Source: Candidatus Onthousia faecavium
Lineage (GTDB): Bacteria; Bacillota_I; Bacilli_A; RF39; UBA660
Assembly (NCBI GenBank): GCA_018711135.1
Contig: DVIS01000019.1
Location: 2,533-66,532 of the forward strand
Direction of reading: 5' to 3'
DNA: 64,000 bases
This document shows, one piece after another, positions 9,034 through 19,514 of this stretch; the stretch's first letter is position 1; each line of letters begins with the position of its first letter. A model generated the notes under the pieces. The model did no database searches, was not told the DNA's origin, and saw nothing but the letters and a program-made list of their open reading frames with translations. A program made the translations under genes and the position numbers.

Positions 9034-10800
9034 CTACTCAGTTTTTTCGGTTTCTTCTTCTTTATTTTTATCTTCATCAGTCGGTTCTTGTTCCTCTTCT
9101 TCGTTATCATTAGATGATTGTTCGGAAGCTACACCAACGGTAATAGTTACACTGTCATTATTTTTTACAGTTGATCCTGATGGTCTTGATTGAGTTAAGA
9201 TTTTACCTACTTCATTACTGTTACTTACTTGTTGATATTCTATATTTAAGGTTACACAATTATTATTAGACCATTCTGTTGCTTCATCAGCTGTTTTCAA
9301 ATACCAATCTGGGAAAGTAACAGCTTTTAAAACGGTTAAGGTAATAGTATCACCAGCTTCTACCTCACTACCTTCTTCTAAGGATTGGGAAATAACAAGA
9401 TTTTGACCAATTACTGCACAAGTTGTAATATCAGGATCTATTTCAGTTATTTCTACTTTTAAACCGTGATCTTTTAAAATGGTACTAACCTCATTTACAT
9501 TCATATTAACATAATTTTCAAGGGTATATGTTTCAACTCCAGTTGAGCGATAAAGGGTAACACTAGTACCTTCTTTAACAGTACTGCCAGCTCTTGGATC
9601 AGTGCGAACTATTTTACCTTCTTCAATGTCTTCACTTACAACATCTTTTATTTCTGAAGCGATAACTAATCCGGCATCTTCTAGTTCATCTTCAGCTTCA
9701 CTTAGAGTTAAATTACTAACATCAGGTACTTTAACATCTTTTTCGGCAGTTACTGCTGGAATAATAAAGAAGACTGCTACTAAGGCTAAAACAATTAAAC
9801 CGGCAATAACTGATAGGGCAATGATTAATTTGTTTGATCTTTTACCTTTCTCATCAGTTATAGGTGTAGCAATTATTTCTTCTTTCTCTTCATCTTTAAT
9901 AGGTTTCATAACTTTTGTTGTTTCATCAAGTTCATGTTCTGGATATGGATAGACATAAGGCTCTTCATTAATACGATCATCATTTAAAGCGGTTAGTAAA
10001 TCATCATGCATACTCTTTGCATCATCATATCTATTTTTAGGATTTTTAGCAGTTGCTTTTAAGATGATATTTTCAATACTTTGAGGAATATCATTGTTAA
10101 GTTTATGAACATCAGGTAGAGGTTCCTTCATTTGTTTTAAGGCAATCTCTACAGCGCTATCACCTTTAAATGGTAGTTCTCCTGTTAAGAGTTCATAGAA
10201 AATAATACCCATTGAGTAGATATCACTTTTAATAGTAGCTCCCTTACCAGCAGCTTGTTCAGGAGGAAGATAGTGCACAGAACCCATAACAGAGTTGGTC
10301 TGAGTGAGTTGGGTTGAGTTTAGTGCCATGGCAATACCAAAATCAGTTATCTTTATTTGGCCATCATCTTCTATCATAATATTTTGTGGTTTTAAATCAC
10401 GATGAACAATATATGAATCGTGGGCATGAGCCATCCCATCTGTTAGTTGAAGCATGATATCTATTGCTTCACTTAAAGTAAGACTACCTCTTTTCTTAAG
10501 TAGTTGTTTTAATGTTTTACCTTCAACATATTCCATAACAATGTAGTATAAGCCATCATCTTCCCCCACATCATACATTGCTACAATATTAGGGTGAGAT
10601 AGACTTGACGCTGATAAAGCTTCTCTTTGAAAGCGTCTAACAAATTTTTCATCATTTGCTAAGTCTCCTCGTAATACTTTAATAGCAACATTTCGATCTA
10701 GTATTTTATCATAACCAAGATAAACGTTAGCCATTCCTCCTTCACCAATAGAACGAATAACCTCATAACGACCGTTTATCAATTGCCCCTTTGTAACCAT
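9034..10800 (-). CDS. prkC: Ser/Thr protein kinase with PASTA repeats
   Basis: Hanks kinase motifs (GEGGMANVY, VAIK, HRDLKPQN, DFGIA), one TM helix, and extracellular PASTA-like repeats. The C-terminal tail is acidic. Confidence 0.85.
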   Translation of the reverse strand: MVTKGQLINGRYEVIRSIGEGGMANVYLGYDKILDRNVAIKVLRGDLANDEKFVRRFQREALSASSLSHPNIVAMYDVGEDDGLYYIVMEYVEGKTLKQLLKKRGSLTLSEAIDIMLQLTDGMAHAHDSYIVHRDLKPQNIMIEDDGQIKITDFGIAMALNSTQLTQTNSVMGSVHYLPPEQAAGKGATIKSDIYSMGIIFYELLTGELPFKGDSAVEIALKQMKEPLPDVHKLNNDIPQSIENIILKATAKNPKNRYDDAKSMHDDLLTALNDDRINEEPYVYPYPEHELDETTKVMKPIKDEEKEEIIATPITDEKGKRSNKLIIALSVIAGLIVLALVAVFFIIPAVTAEKDVKVPDVSNLTLSEAEDELEDAGLVIASEIKDVVSEDIEEGKIVRTDPRAGSTVKEGTSVTLYRSTGVETYTLENYVNMNVNEVSTILKDHGLKVEITEIDPDITTCAVIGQNLVISQSLEEGSEVEAGDTITLTVLKAVTFPDWYLKTADEATEWSNNNCVTLNIEYQQVSNSNEVGKILTQSRPSGSTVKNNDSVTITVGVASEQSSNDNEEEEQEPTDEDKNKEEETEKTE

Positions 10801-11540
10801 TATTCTTCACCTTCTCCTTTAATTAAATAAGCTACTGATATATTATCAGTTCCACCTCTGTTATTAGCTTTTCTAATTAATTTAATCACTTTATCTTCAA
10901 TATCTCCTTCACCAAGCAAGACCTTTTCTATTTGCTCAATATCAAGCATATTAGTAAGGCCATCACTTGCTAGTAAGATTTCATCAATATCCATATCACA
11001 ATCAAAGATATCGACATCAATGGGATCATTGGCTCCTAATGCTTTCATCAAAACATTTTTCTTAGGATGATCTTTCGCTTCTTCTTCTGTTAATTCTCCT
11101 GCTGATACTAAAAGATTAACAAGAGTATGATCATAAGTAACTTTATGAAGCTTACCATCTTTCATAACAAAACCTGAAGAGTCACCAATATTTCCAAAAA
11201 GAATATAATCTTTGGTAATAATGGCAGTAACTAAAGTTGTACCCATGCCTTTACTTTCGGGATGAGTTTTCTCATGTCTAAAGATACTATCATTTATTTC
11301 ATTAACACTATCTCTTAAAAAGTTAACTGCATCAATCTTCGCCATATTATGGAATTTTTCATTGAAATCTTTCGCTAAATGGGTAATGGCGATTGATGAA
11401 GCAACCTCACCAGCAGAATGACCTCCCATACCATCAGCGATAGCCATTAAGGTATCACCATCTTCATTATGAACAATTAAAACGCTATCTTCATTGTGAT
11501 CTCTTACTTTACCTGCATCAGTTAAATAAAACGATTTCAT
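10800..11540 (-). CDS. prpC: PP2C-family Ser/Thr phosphatase
   Basis: Motifs RDHNEDS, ADGMGGH, LASDGL and GGTDNISV. The gene is coupled to prkC by a 1-nt overlap. Confidence 0.85.
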   Translation of the reverse strand: MKSFYLTDAGKVRDHNEDSVLIVHNEDGDTLMAIADGMGGHSAGEVASSIAITHLAKDFNEKFHNMAKIDAVNFLRDSVNEINDSIFRHEKTHPESKGMGTTLVTAIITKDYILFGNIGDSSGFVMKDGKLHKVTYDHTLVNLLVSAGELTEEEAKDHPKKNVLMKALGANDPIDVDIFDCDMDIDEILLASDGLTNMLDIEQIEKVLLGEGDIEDKVIKLIRKANNRGGTDNISVAYLIKGEGEE

Positions 11541-12562
11541 ACTTCCTCCTTTTTACTTCTAAGCTGTCCACAAGCAGCACTAATAGTACCGCCAAATTCT
11601 CGCCTAATTGTAACTGTAATATTATTTTTCTTAAGTATATCATAAAACCTAGCTATTTTTAAAGGATTACTTCGTTTAAACTGTAAAGTAGATGTTTCAT
11701 TATAAGGAATTAGATTAACATAAGCATTTTTTCCCTTTAGTAATTTAGCTAAAGCTAGAGCATCTTTTTCACTGTCATTTACATTATCTAATAAAATATA
11801 TTCAAAAGTAATTCTTCTTTTCGTCTTTTTATAATATATATCTAAAGAATTCATTAAATCTTTTAAGGAATAAACTTTAGCAATAGGCATAATCGTCTTT
11901 CGTAATGCATCAGTTGGAGCATGAAGACTAATAGCAAGATTGACTTGATATGGGAAATCACTAAATTCTAATATTTTAGGAACAAGTCCACAGGTTGATA
12001 CAGTTATATGTCTAGCCCCTATATTTAGTCCCTTAGGATGATTAATAATTTTAATAAAGTCACAGATATTATCATAGTTATCAAAAGGTTCACCAATTCC
12101 CATTATGACAATATGACTTATTTTAAGGCCGCTTTCTTGTTCAACCAATAAAATCTGTTCAACCATCTCCCCAACTCTTAAATTACGGACTTTTTTTCTT
12201 CTACCTGATTCACAGAATTTACACCCCATATTACATCCAACTTGACTAGAGATACATAAGCTATTGCCATAATCATGTTTCATTAAGACAGCTTCAATAT
12301 GTTCACAATCATTTAATCTAAATAGATATTTTAAAACATCTGGAGCAGACTCTTTATTAACAATCTCAATAGTAGAGATTGTAAAATCTTCTTTTAGTTT
12401 TTCTCTTATTTCTTTTTTCAAGTTCGTAGCCAAATCAAAATCAGTAAGACGTTTATTTTCTTCGTATAACCATTTAAAGAGTTCCGTTGCATAAAACTTT
12501 TTCTCATCATGCTTCAAGAAATAATCTATTAACTTTTCAAGTGTTAAATCATATATGTACAT
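11537..12562 (-). CDS. rlmN: 23S rRNA/tRNA (adenine-C2)-methyltransferase RlmN (radical SAM)
   Basis: CNMGCKFC radical-SAM motif, GMGEP-like IMGIGEP, and the C-terminal CGQL. I set the start at ATG 12562 (GAGGTG SD); the track start is a TTG inside that SD. Confidence 0.85.
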   Translation of the reverse strand: MYIYDLTLEKLIDYFLKHDEKKFYATELFKWLYEENKRLTDFDLATNLKKEIREKLKEDFTISTIEIVNKESAPDVLKYLFRLNDCEHIEAVLMKHDYGNSLCISSQVGCNMGCKFCESGRRKKVRNLRVGEMVEQILLVEQESGLKISHIVIMGIGEPFDNYDNICDFIKIINHPKGLNIGARHITVSTCGLVPKILEFSDFPYQVNLAISLHAPTDALRKTIMPIAKVYSLKDLMNSLDIYYKKTKRRITFEYILLDNVNDSEKDALALAKLLKGKNAYVNLIPYNETSTLQFKRSNPLKIARFYDILKKNNITVTIRREFGGTISAACGQLRSKKEEV

Positions 12563-12620
12563 AACCCACCTCAATACTAGTTAAATTATAGACTAAAATA
12601 ATAATAATTACTAGTCCCAA

Positions 12621-12650
12621 TTCAAAAAGAAAAGCCCTAAAAGAGCTTTT
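12621..12650 (-). terminator. Intrinsic terminator after the 612-aa P-family gene
   Basis: Minus strand AAAGCTC-TTTTA-GGGCTTT hairpin followed by TCTTTTT, directly after the stop at 12655. Confidence 0.55.
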
Positions 12651-12654
12651 ATGT

Positions 12655-14493
12655 TTAACTTAAAGTAAGACTAAACGGATTTTCTTTAGTTCCATCACCA
12701 CTTGTTATTGTAACATCTGCTAATAAATATAAGGCCGGTCTTACTATAGGGATTCCCCTAATTTGTCCTACAATATCTCGGTATGTATCTGTTGTTAAGC
12801 CATTCGTAGCAGCTCCTGCTACACGCATATATTCTCTTTGTTGATATTTAGTTAATAACCAGTAGACTTCACTAAGATCTCCTGAAAATTGTTCACCTAG
12901 TCTTAATAAACCAACTTTAGGTGTTCTTGCTTGTCTTAAAGAAATAGCATCAAGATAACTACCACCATCTGTTACAACGGTACTAATATCCCAGGTACCA
13001 TTTGCAATCATGGATATACTTTCAGCGCTTAAATAGCCACCAGCAGGATCTATATAATCACCGTTTAAAAATTGGGCAATCGTCGATGAAGAGGTATATG
13101 TATTATCATCACCAAACACACTCTCTAAAAGTTCCCCTGTATTGGCATCCCTTAAAACATCAGCACTAGCTATTTTAATCCTACCATCTGAAGCTATACT
13201 AACAATACGATAAAGATTATTTTCACCTAAACCAAAATTAATATATTCTCCACTATATCTTGTATTTAATAAGGTTCCTGAAAGTGCAGTATCATTATCG
13301 CCTGCTAAGCGGTAGGGATCGCTTTCGGTGCCACTTCCACCTACAATTTCTAAATCACCATAGAAATTTACTGCTGGCCATAAAGAGATAGAGTTTATTT
13401 GCGAATATGATACTAACTCTGATAAAGAATTAAATCCCCAAAGACTATTTCCACCATTGGTATTTAAAGTAGCAAAACTTTCGCCAGATAATGGAGTTAA
13501 AAAGGTATTACCAACGTCATCCTTTGTCATATTATATTCATAGATATTTAATAAACCTACTGCATGGGTTACCAAAGTTGTTTCGGGTAAAGTAGCTGAG
13601 GTATCGGTAACAGCACTAGCGTTCCAACTACTATCCATTTTAATAAATTTTTCTTTGTCTCTTAGATTACCAAGAAAGCCATCAGTCGTAATATCATTAA
13701 GCCATTCTTCTGCATGTGAACCAACAAAGCTTGTATTAGTATTAGTTCCATAAGGTATCTCTGTTATATCAGTAGCAGTTACAGCTTTCACAGTATTGTC
13801 ACTATTAATAGAAACGGCATGCCATAATTTACCACTATACCAAATATAATTGTTCGGAGCTTCTCCTGTTATAAATCTCTGGTCTTTATCACTTGTAGTG
13901 ATATTATTTGAACTATCTGCAAGGAGGACACTAGCTAAATCAGTAGCAGTTACTAATTCTTCAAATAAATAGCCATTACTTGGTAAGCTTAAGTCATTAT
14001 AATCAAGGCCTACATTAACTCCTAAAGATAGATCAAGTTCAGTTGCACCATTATTAATAATTCGGATTATATAAGTCTTACTTTCTCCTGGTGCTAAATT
14101 TACACCTGTAGCAGGTGGTGGTGTGTCGACACTTCCTTCATTATTTCCAACAATATAACCAACAGTTACGTTACTAGGAAATTCATCAAAGTGGTAAAAA
14201 TTAAATCTAGCATCTATACTATTGGGATTTGTTAAAGTAATTGTAATATCAACAGAACTATTTTGATTAGATAATGATATAACCGGTATCTGATTGACAT
14301 CATTATAAGTTTTCTCATCTATCTTTAGTTGATAACTTAAATTTCCTGTTACAATACTTATGGCATTATTCTTTTCTTTATTTACTGTAAAAAGTGCATA
14401 AGAAAAGTAACTCGCTAATAATAAGAAAACAATTAAAGTTGTTAATAAAACATATATTTTCGACACGTTTGTCTCTAATAACAATCTTTTCAT
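12655..14493 (-). CDS. P-family paralog, type B: SipW-type signal/TasA-like N-module plus two DUF6273-like C-terminal repeats
   Basis: The N-terminus MKRLLLETNVSKIYVLL..SYFSYALFTVNKEKNNAISIVTGNLSYQLKID is shared with five other ORFs here. The C-terminal motifs GLLNIYEY, YWLLT and VRPALYL..SGDGTKENPF are shared with 18272-19468 and 34543-36132. It lies 64 nt after the sigma gene and lacks the G9 leader. Confidence 0.7.
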   Translation of the reverse strand: MKRLLLETNVSKIYVLLTTLIVFLLLASYFSYALFTVNKEKNNAISIVTGNLSYQLKIDEKTYNDVNQIPVISLSNQNSSVDITITLTNPNSIDARFNFYHFDEFPSNVTVGYIVGNNEGSVDTPPPATGVNLAPGESKTYIIRIINNGATELDLSLGVNVGLDYNDLSLPSNGYLFEELVTATDLASVLLADSSNNITTSDKDQRFITGEAPNNYIWYSGKLWHAVSINSDNTVKAVTATDITEIPYGTNTNTSFVGSHAEEWLNDITTDGFLGNLRDKEKFIKMDSSWNASAVTDTSATLPETTLVTHAVGLLNIYEYNMTKDDVGNTFLTPLSGESFATLNTNGGNSLWGFNSLSELVSYSQINSISLWPAVNFYGDLEIVGGSGTESDPYRLAGDNDTALSGTLLNTRYSGEYINFGLGENNLYRIVSIASDGRIKIASADVLRDANTGELLESVFGDDNTYTSSSTIAQFLNGDYIDPAGGYLSAESISMIANGTWDISTVVTDGGSYLDAISLRQARTPKVGLLRLGEQFSGDLSEVYWLLTKYQQREYMRVAGAATNGLTTDTYRDIVGQIRGIPIVRPALYLLADVTITSGDGTKENPFSLTLS

Positions 14494-14557
14494 TTTTCTC
14501 TACTCCTATCTATCTTAAATAGATTTTAACACAATAGACAATTAGTGTCGAGATTTT

Positions 14558-15202
14558 TTAAGCTACTTTTTCTTTAATTTTTTGTAATATTTTACTTTCC
14601 TTTCTACTTACTTGGACTTGACTAATACCAAGTAATTCAGCAGTTTCTTTTTGGGTTAGATCTTCATAGTATCTTGATGTTATAAGGCCTTTTTCACTTT
14701 CTTCTAAGGAATTAATAGCTGACTTTAAATCTAATATGCCAACATCATAGCCTTTTTCAATTAAAGCAATTTTATTGTATAAATTTGTATCATTATCCAT
14801 ATTATTATCATCAAGACTACAAGATGATTGACAAGCGATAATAGTACTTGTAATTTTTTCTTCACTAACGCCTAAAATATAACTTAATTCTAGTGGTGTT
14901 GGTTCTCTTCCTAATCGTTGGACTAAGTCTTCTCTAGTGTCATTAATTTCTTTATTTAATTTGTAAGTGTCATTACTTATTTTTACCTCTTTAGAATTAT
15001 TTAGGGTCTTTAGAACTTCTCCTTTAATATAAAAGTAAGCATAGTCTAAAAAGTTACTTTCTCTTGTTTGATCATACTTTTTAAAAGCTATAATTAGGCC
15101 CATCATACCGGCTTGGTATAAATCATCATAATCAGTTCTAAAGTTATACTTATTTACTACATGTCTTACTAAGTTTTCATATGCTAATACATCTTCTGTC
15201 AT
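14558..15202 (-). CDS. Sigma-70 family group-3 sigma factor, SigF/SigG/SigB-like
   Basis: Region 2 (DLYQAGMMGLIIAFKKYD), region 3 (KISNDTYKLNKEI..LGREPT) and region 4 (LTQKETAELLGISQVQVSRKESKILQKIK) align by eye with B. subtilis SigF. I chose the start at ATG 15202; the track start 15214 sits in the SD. Confidence 0.75.
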   Translation of the reverse strand: MTEDVLAYENLVRHVVNKYNFRTDYDDLYQAGMMGLIIAFKKYDQTRESNFLDYAYFYIKGEVLKTLNNSKEVKISNDTYKLNKEINDTREDLVQRLGREPTPLELSYILGVSEEKITSTIIACQSSCSLDDNNMDNDTNLYNKIALIEKGYDVGILDLKSAINSLEESEKGLITSRYYEDLTQKETAELLGISQVQVSRKESKILQKIKEKVA

Positions 15203-15286
15203 TTTAATCCCCATCCTTTAGGTTCATGATAATGGTTAACTTACGGAAAAACAATGGTTTCGACATAGTTAGAAAAATGTTTTAAC

Positions 15287-16384
15287 CTACAAATTTCTTA
15301 AAAAAATTGTCTTAATGATAAAAGCTATAAATCCTTTAGAAAGATTTTTGACTTTACCTTTTGTAATAGTACTTTTCTTATTGGTATACTTAAAAGTAAG
15401 GGGAAGATTAATCTTATAATCTTGATAGGCAATTACTAAGGTAGTCCCATTAGGCTCATAATTAAACTTTAATTTACTCAAAGGAATTGTACTAGTCTTA
15501 ATAACTTTAGATAAATCTAAATAGTCTATAACTGTAATATGATCAAAAGTTTCAATTTTTTCTTTACGGTATAAATAATATTCATGATAAGTATCAATAA
15601 CCTTATAAGAATCTAATAACTCTTGACTAGTTATCCTTGTATCTTCATTACATTTATAATAGACTTTACGATATTTATAGATTTTGGTTTTTGTTAATAT
15701 TTTTAGATAAAATTTATCCCTAATATCGGTGGTAAATTTAACAAAGTTATCATATTTATAATTAGCAATATAATTAATAACTTTAAATTTCTTAGTACTA
15801 AACCCTTTATCTTTAATAGTATCTTTAATCTTGATATAATCACTATTGCTTAAGGTAAATGTACCTTTACTATCGCCTTGGTTTAAAAAGAAAGTAAGGT
15901 CAATAACTAGATATTCAGGGGAATAATAATCGTCTAGTTTAATAGTGTCTTTATTTTTATTACTTTCATAGATAAGTTTATCTTTATAATAGATTTTGAT
16001 AGATGTTATTAAAAGATTGTTGCAGATAGTTAAATTAAGTTTATTAATCTTTTTTATTTCCTGATAGGAATAAAGATACTCTTCTTCTAACTCAATATTA
16101 TTTAGAGTGGGTTTTGTTAAACTATAGAGGTAGTTACTATACTTTTTTTCCTTAGTAATAAGAGGATATTCAGAAGTAGGTTCTTCTAGATATTTATAGT
16201 CTTTGTTTATCTTTTCTTGGACATAATAAGTAACTGTTTTAATTTTTTCATTTTGACCTACTTTGTAGTCTTGATCTACCTTTTCTACTAAAAGATAAGG
16301 AGTTTCATAGGTTTTGGCATGACAAATACTAATATCTAAGTTTAGATAAAGAAAAAGTAATAATAATAGAGAAAGTTTTTTCAT
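15287..16384 (-). CDS. Secreted K/Y-rich hypothetical protein
   Basis: 365 aa with a signal peptide, MKKLSLLLLLFLYLNLDISICHA. No recognisable domain. Confidence 0.5.
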   Translation of the reverse strand: MKKLSLLLLLFLYLNLDISICHAKTYETPYLLVEKVDQDYKVGQNEKIKTVTYYVQEKINKDYKYLEEPTSEYPLITKEKKYSNYLYSLTKPTLNNIELEEEYLYSYQEIKKINKLNLTICNNLLITSIKIYYKDKLIYESNKNKDTIKLDDYYSPEYLVIDLTFFLNQGDSKGTFTLSNSDYIKIKDTIKDKGFSTKKFKVINYIANYKYDNFVKFTTDIRDKFYLKILTKTKIYKYRKVYYKCNEDTRITSQELLDSYKVIDTYHEYYLYRKEKIETFDHITVIDYLDLSKVIKTSTIPLSKLKFNYEPNGTTLVIAYQDYKINLPLTFKYTNKKSTITKGKVKNLSKGFIAFIIKTIFLRNL

Positions 16385-16415
16385 TTTCTCACCTCACTAT
16401 TATTATTACCTTTAA

Positions 16416-16766
16416 CTAATCTTTTGCTTTAAAAATAACCGTAAAAACAAAAGTAAATATTATGGCAGCAGTAATACCAGTAGCGGTTAAATCAAACATT
16501 CCTAGTAAAAGACCAATTAGACCATTGTTTTCTGCTGCTAGTAAGGCACCATGGATTAATGAGTGACCAAATGAGGTAATTGGTAAAAGAGCTCCTCCCC
16601 CACATTTAGCAATAAAAAAGTCATAAATACCAAAAGTATCAAGTAAAGCACCAACACTTACAAAAATAGAGGTAATATGACCAGGGGTAAGTTTAGTGTT
16701 ATCTAATATTAGTTCCGCAATTAGACAGACGATACCACAGAAAAGAAATGAGTTAAGAAAGTACAT
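16416..16766 (-). CDS. spoVAEB: Stage V sporulation protein AE (SpoVAEB-type)
   Basis: 116-aa polytopic protein with the GALLPITSFGHSL motif, immediately after spoVAD. Confidence 0.8.
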   Translation of the reverse strand: MYFLNSFLFCGIVCLIAELILDNTKLTPGHITSIFVSVGALLDTFGIYDFFIAKCGGGALLPITSFGHSLIHGALLAAENNGLIGLLLGMFDLTATGITAAIIFTFVFTVIFKAKD

Positions 16767-17762
16767 TTAAATCGCCTCCAAACAGATAAGATTTGCTATT
16801 GATAAGATATTTTCTTTTTGATAAACCGTCATTGGAGAAAATAAAGCGCCTGTTGCTATTAAAATTACCTTTTTATATTTATTTTCTTTTAAGCCTTTAA
16901 TAACTGTACTATAATTTACTAAAGCAGAACAAACAGGACCACTACCACCTGCTAAAACCTCTTTTTGTCTTTTTAAATCATAAAGCATTACTCCACAGTC
17001 ATTATAATTAGCTTTAATATCAATTCCATAATTATCAAGCATTAAATCTTTTAATATTTCTTTGCCATATAGTCCTAAATCACCAGTTAAAATTAAATCA
17101 TAATCACTTGGTTTGGTTTTCGTTTCTTTTAAATAACGATAGAGAGTATCCATAGCAGCGGGAGCCATAACTGCTCCCATATTAAAGACATCTTTTTGCT
17201 TATAATCGATAATAGTACCAATAAGACCATTTACAACTTTTATTTTACTGGGTTTATTAGTAAGTAAAACACTAGCAGCACCAGTTGAGGTAAAAGTAGC
17301 TGTCATGGGTTTGGGAGAACCATATTCAGTAGGATTACGAAATTGTTTTTCACTTGTCATATTATGAGATGAGCAAGCACTAATAATGTTATTGGCTTTA
17401 CCGGCATCAATGAAAGTAGCAGCAATTAACATTCCTTCAATACTAGTAGCACAAGCAGTATAAATTCCTAAAAAAGGAGTATTAAGTTCTAAAGATCCAT
17501 AGGTGGAAGCAGTGATTTGATTGAGTAAGTCACCAGCGATGATTAAGTCAATCTCTTCTTTAGGCATATTAGCTTTGCGTAAGAGTATTTTTAGGCTATC
17601 GCTTAGTAGCTTAGTCTCCGCTTTTTCAAAACTTTTAGCTCCACAATAAAGATCTTTAGTGTAACGCTTGTCAAAGTTATGTTTTAAAGGTCCTTTGGCT
17701 TCATAGGGACCTGCCACAGTACTTGTTTCAGTTAAGTAAACATTACGAAAAGTTAAAATCAT
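16767..17762 (-). CDS. spoVAD: Stage V sporulation protein AD (thiolase-fold)
   Basis: ~330-aa thiolase-like sequence (GIYTACATS, GGSGPVCSA) between spoVAC and spoVAE. The start is ATG 17762 with GGGAGGT 6 nt upstream. Confidence 0.85.
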   Translation of the reverse strand: MILTFRNVYLTETSTVAGPYEAKGPLKHNFDKRYTKDLYCGAKSFEKAETKLLSDSLKILLRKANMPKEEIDLIIAGDLLNQITASTYGSLELNTPFLGIYTACATSIEGMLIAATFIDAGKANNIISACSSHNMTSEKQFRNPTEYGSPKPMTATFTSTGAASVLLTNKPSKIKVVNGLIGTIIDYKQKDVFNMGAVMAPAAMDTLYRYLKETKTKPSDYDLILTGDLGLYGKEILKDLMLDNYGIDIKANYNDCGVMLYDLKRQKEVLAGGSGPVCSALVNYSTVIKGLKENKYKKVILIATGALFSPMTVYQKENILSIANLICLEAI

Positions 17763-18199
17763 GATAAAACCTCCCATAAATAACGAATTAGACCAAAAAA
17801 CCAGGCTGAAACAACCCCATAAAAGATAACAGAACCTGAGAGTTTAAAAACATTGCTACCAATACCATAAATAGGTCCTTCATGCTTATAATCCAAGACA
17901 GCACTAGTCATGGAATGGGCAAAACCAGTAATAGGAATTAAAAGACCAGCTTTTGCTTTAGCTACTAGTTTGTCAAAGAAACCAAGAGCTGTAAATAAGG
18001 AAGCTAGAAAGATAAAGGTTATGATCATATAAGTCGAAGCATCATTTCTAGATAAAGAAAAAAAGTAAATATAAAGCCGGATTAATATTTCTCCTAGTAG
18101 ACCAATAGAGCCACCAACTAAAAAAGCAGTTAGAGCATATTTTAATTTTGGTTCTTTTGGCTTATTTTTGTTAACTATTGTTTCATATTTTTTATTCAT
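17759..18199 (-). CDS. spoVAC: Stage V sporulation protein AC
   Basis: 146-aa polytopic membrane protein with GLLIPITGFAHSM and GPIYGIGSNVFKL motifs, in the spoVAC-AD-AE gene order. Confidence 0.85.
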   Translation of the reverse strand: MNKKYETIVNKNKPKEPKLKYALTAFLVGGSIGLLGEILIRLYIYFFSLSRNDASTYMIITFIFLASLFTALGFFDKLVAKAKAGLLIPITGFAHSMTSAVLDYKHEGPIYGIGSNVFKLSGSVIFYGVVSAWFFGLIRYLWEVLS

Positions 18200-18271
18200 T
18201 AATCAACACCCATTATTAGCATTACCTAATGGGAAATTTTTTATACAAAAAAAATAATGATTTCTCATTAT

Positions 18272-19468
18272 TTATTTTAAAATATAAGGACTACTAGCAC
18301 TACCATCACCTGATTTAATCATGGCGTTACTATTTAACATAACGGTTGGCCTTATTCTTTTCATATTAGAAGCATTAAATGATTCAATATAACCATAAGT
18401 TCTAACGGCATAAGCTTGATAAGTATTAGAATTATTAGAGGTTAAGAGCCACCATTCCGCATCTCTAAGACGTAAATAATTATAGTTTTGACAACTCCTA
18501 TCAGTAGTTTTTTTACAATTAGAGTCTAAGGATGCATTTATAAAATCACTAACTGTAAGTAAACCTATCATTTGATTATTTAAGACATCACTACATTCAG
18601 CACCATTAGTATTAATGCTTTCTTCCTCGCTTCTTTTTCCAATACATAAGTTAAAAGTAGTTAGTTTTTCTTTATCGTTATTACTTAATAAAGTATTACC
18701 ATTATATATTTCTTCTAACGAGCTTTTAATTCTACTAACTCGATAATCATTTATGCCACTGTTATAGTTTCGATCACTATTATATCTATCATCATAAGGA
18801 AGGCTTGAACTATCAAGGACATCGTCGGCAATTAATAAAATTTGATTATTAGCAATGATTTTAACAATTCTAAATAGAGCATTATCTAACTTAACATAAT
18901 TATTAACAGTCTCACCTCGGTAAACTTTTTCCCCATTTAAGTCATATAAACCATTTCCAGTAGTAACAAGACCTTGTTCTAAGACTGCCTTATATAATTC
19001 TTTAGTTACATAGTTATCGCCGCACTCTAAGTATGGTGTATAAATTATTTCACCATTTATTTTTGTAACCTCAACTCTACCAGTACAGTCTTCACCAGAT
19101 CTTAATTCACTTAAAGGGTCCATATAACCATTTTCAGCTAAGATGCTGGCATTTACAGTTACAACCTCTCCTTCTTCTTGGGGAAGCAAACCACTTTGAA
19201 CATCATAATACTCTTTAGCTGCATTTTCTAGTTCAGTTTCAATGGCTTCATAACTTTTATTCCGACCAGTAAAAAGACTTATAATTAAAATAACTATTAA
19301 GATGATAACTAAGACCCCAATTACAATTAGCATAATTCTCATTAGTTTCTTACGCATATCATTACTTTGATTATTAGTTGGTTGATCATTAGTTGTTTTA
19401 TTATTAGAAGCGTTAACTACCTCATCAACAATCTTTTTTCCCATATTTTCGTCCATAATTCTTATCAC
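18272..19468 (-). CDS. Membrane-anchored protein carrying only the type-B (DUF6273-like) C-module of the P-family
   Basis: It has one TM helix (LMRIMLIVIGVLVIILIVILIISLF). The motifs ALFRIVKII, IGLLTVSDF, EWWLLTS and IRPTVMLNSNAMIKSGDGSASSPY parallel the C-termini of 12655-14493 and 34543-36132. Confidence 0.6.
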   Translation of the reverse strand: MIRIMDENMGKKIVDEVVNASNNKTTNDQPTNNQSNDMRKKLMRIMLIVIGVLVIILIVILIISLFTGRNKSYEAIETELENAAKEYYDVQSGLLPQEEGEVVTVNASILAENGYMDPLSELRSGEDCTGRVEVTKINGEIIYTPYLECGDNYVTKELYKAVLEQGLVTTGNGLYDLNGEKVYRGETVNNYVKLDNALFRIVKIIANNQILLIADDVLDSSSLPYDDRYNSDRNYNSGINDYRVSRIKSSLEEIYNGNTLLSNNDKEKLTTFNLCIGKRSEEESINTNGAECSDVLNNQMIGLLTVSDFINASLDSNCKKTTDRSCQNYNYLRLRDAEWWLLTSNNSNTYQAYAVRTYGYIESFNASNMKRIRPTVMLNSNAMIKSGDGSASSPYILK

Positions 19469-19514
19469 CTCATAAATCTATACTAATTGTAGCATATTTA
19501 AAGTATATTTAAAA

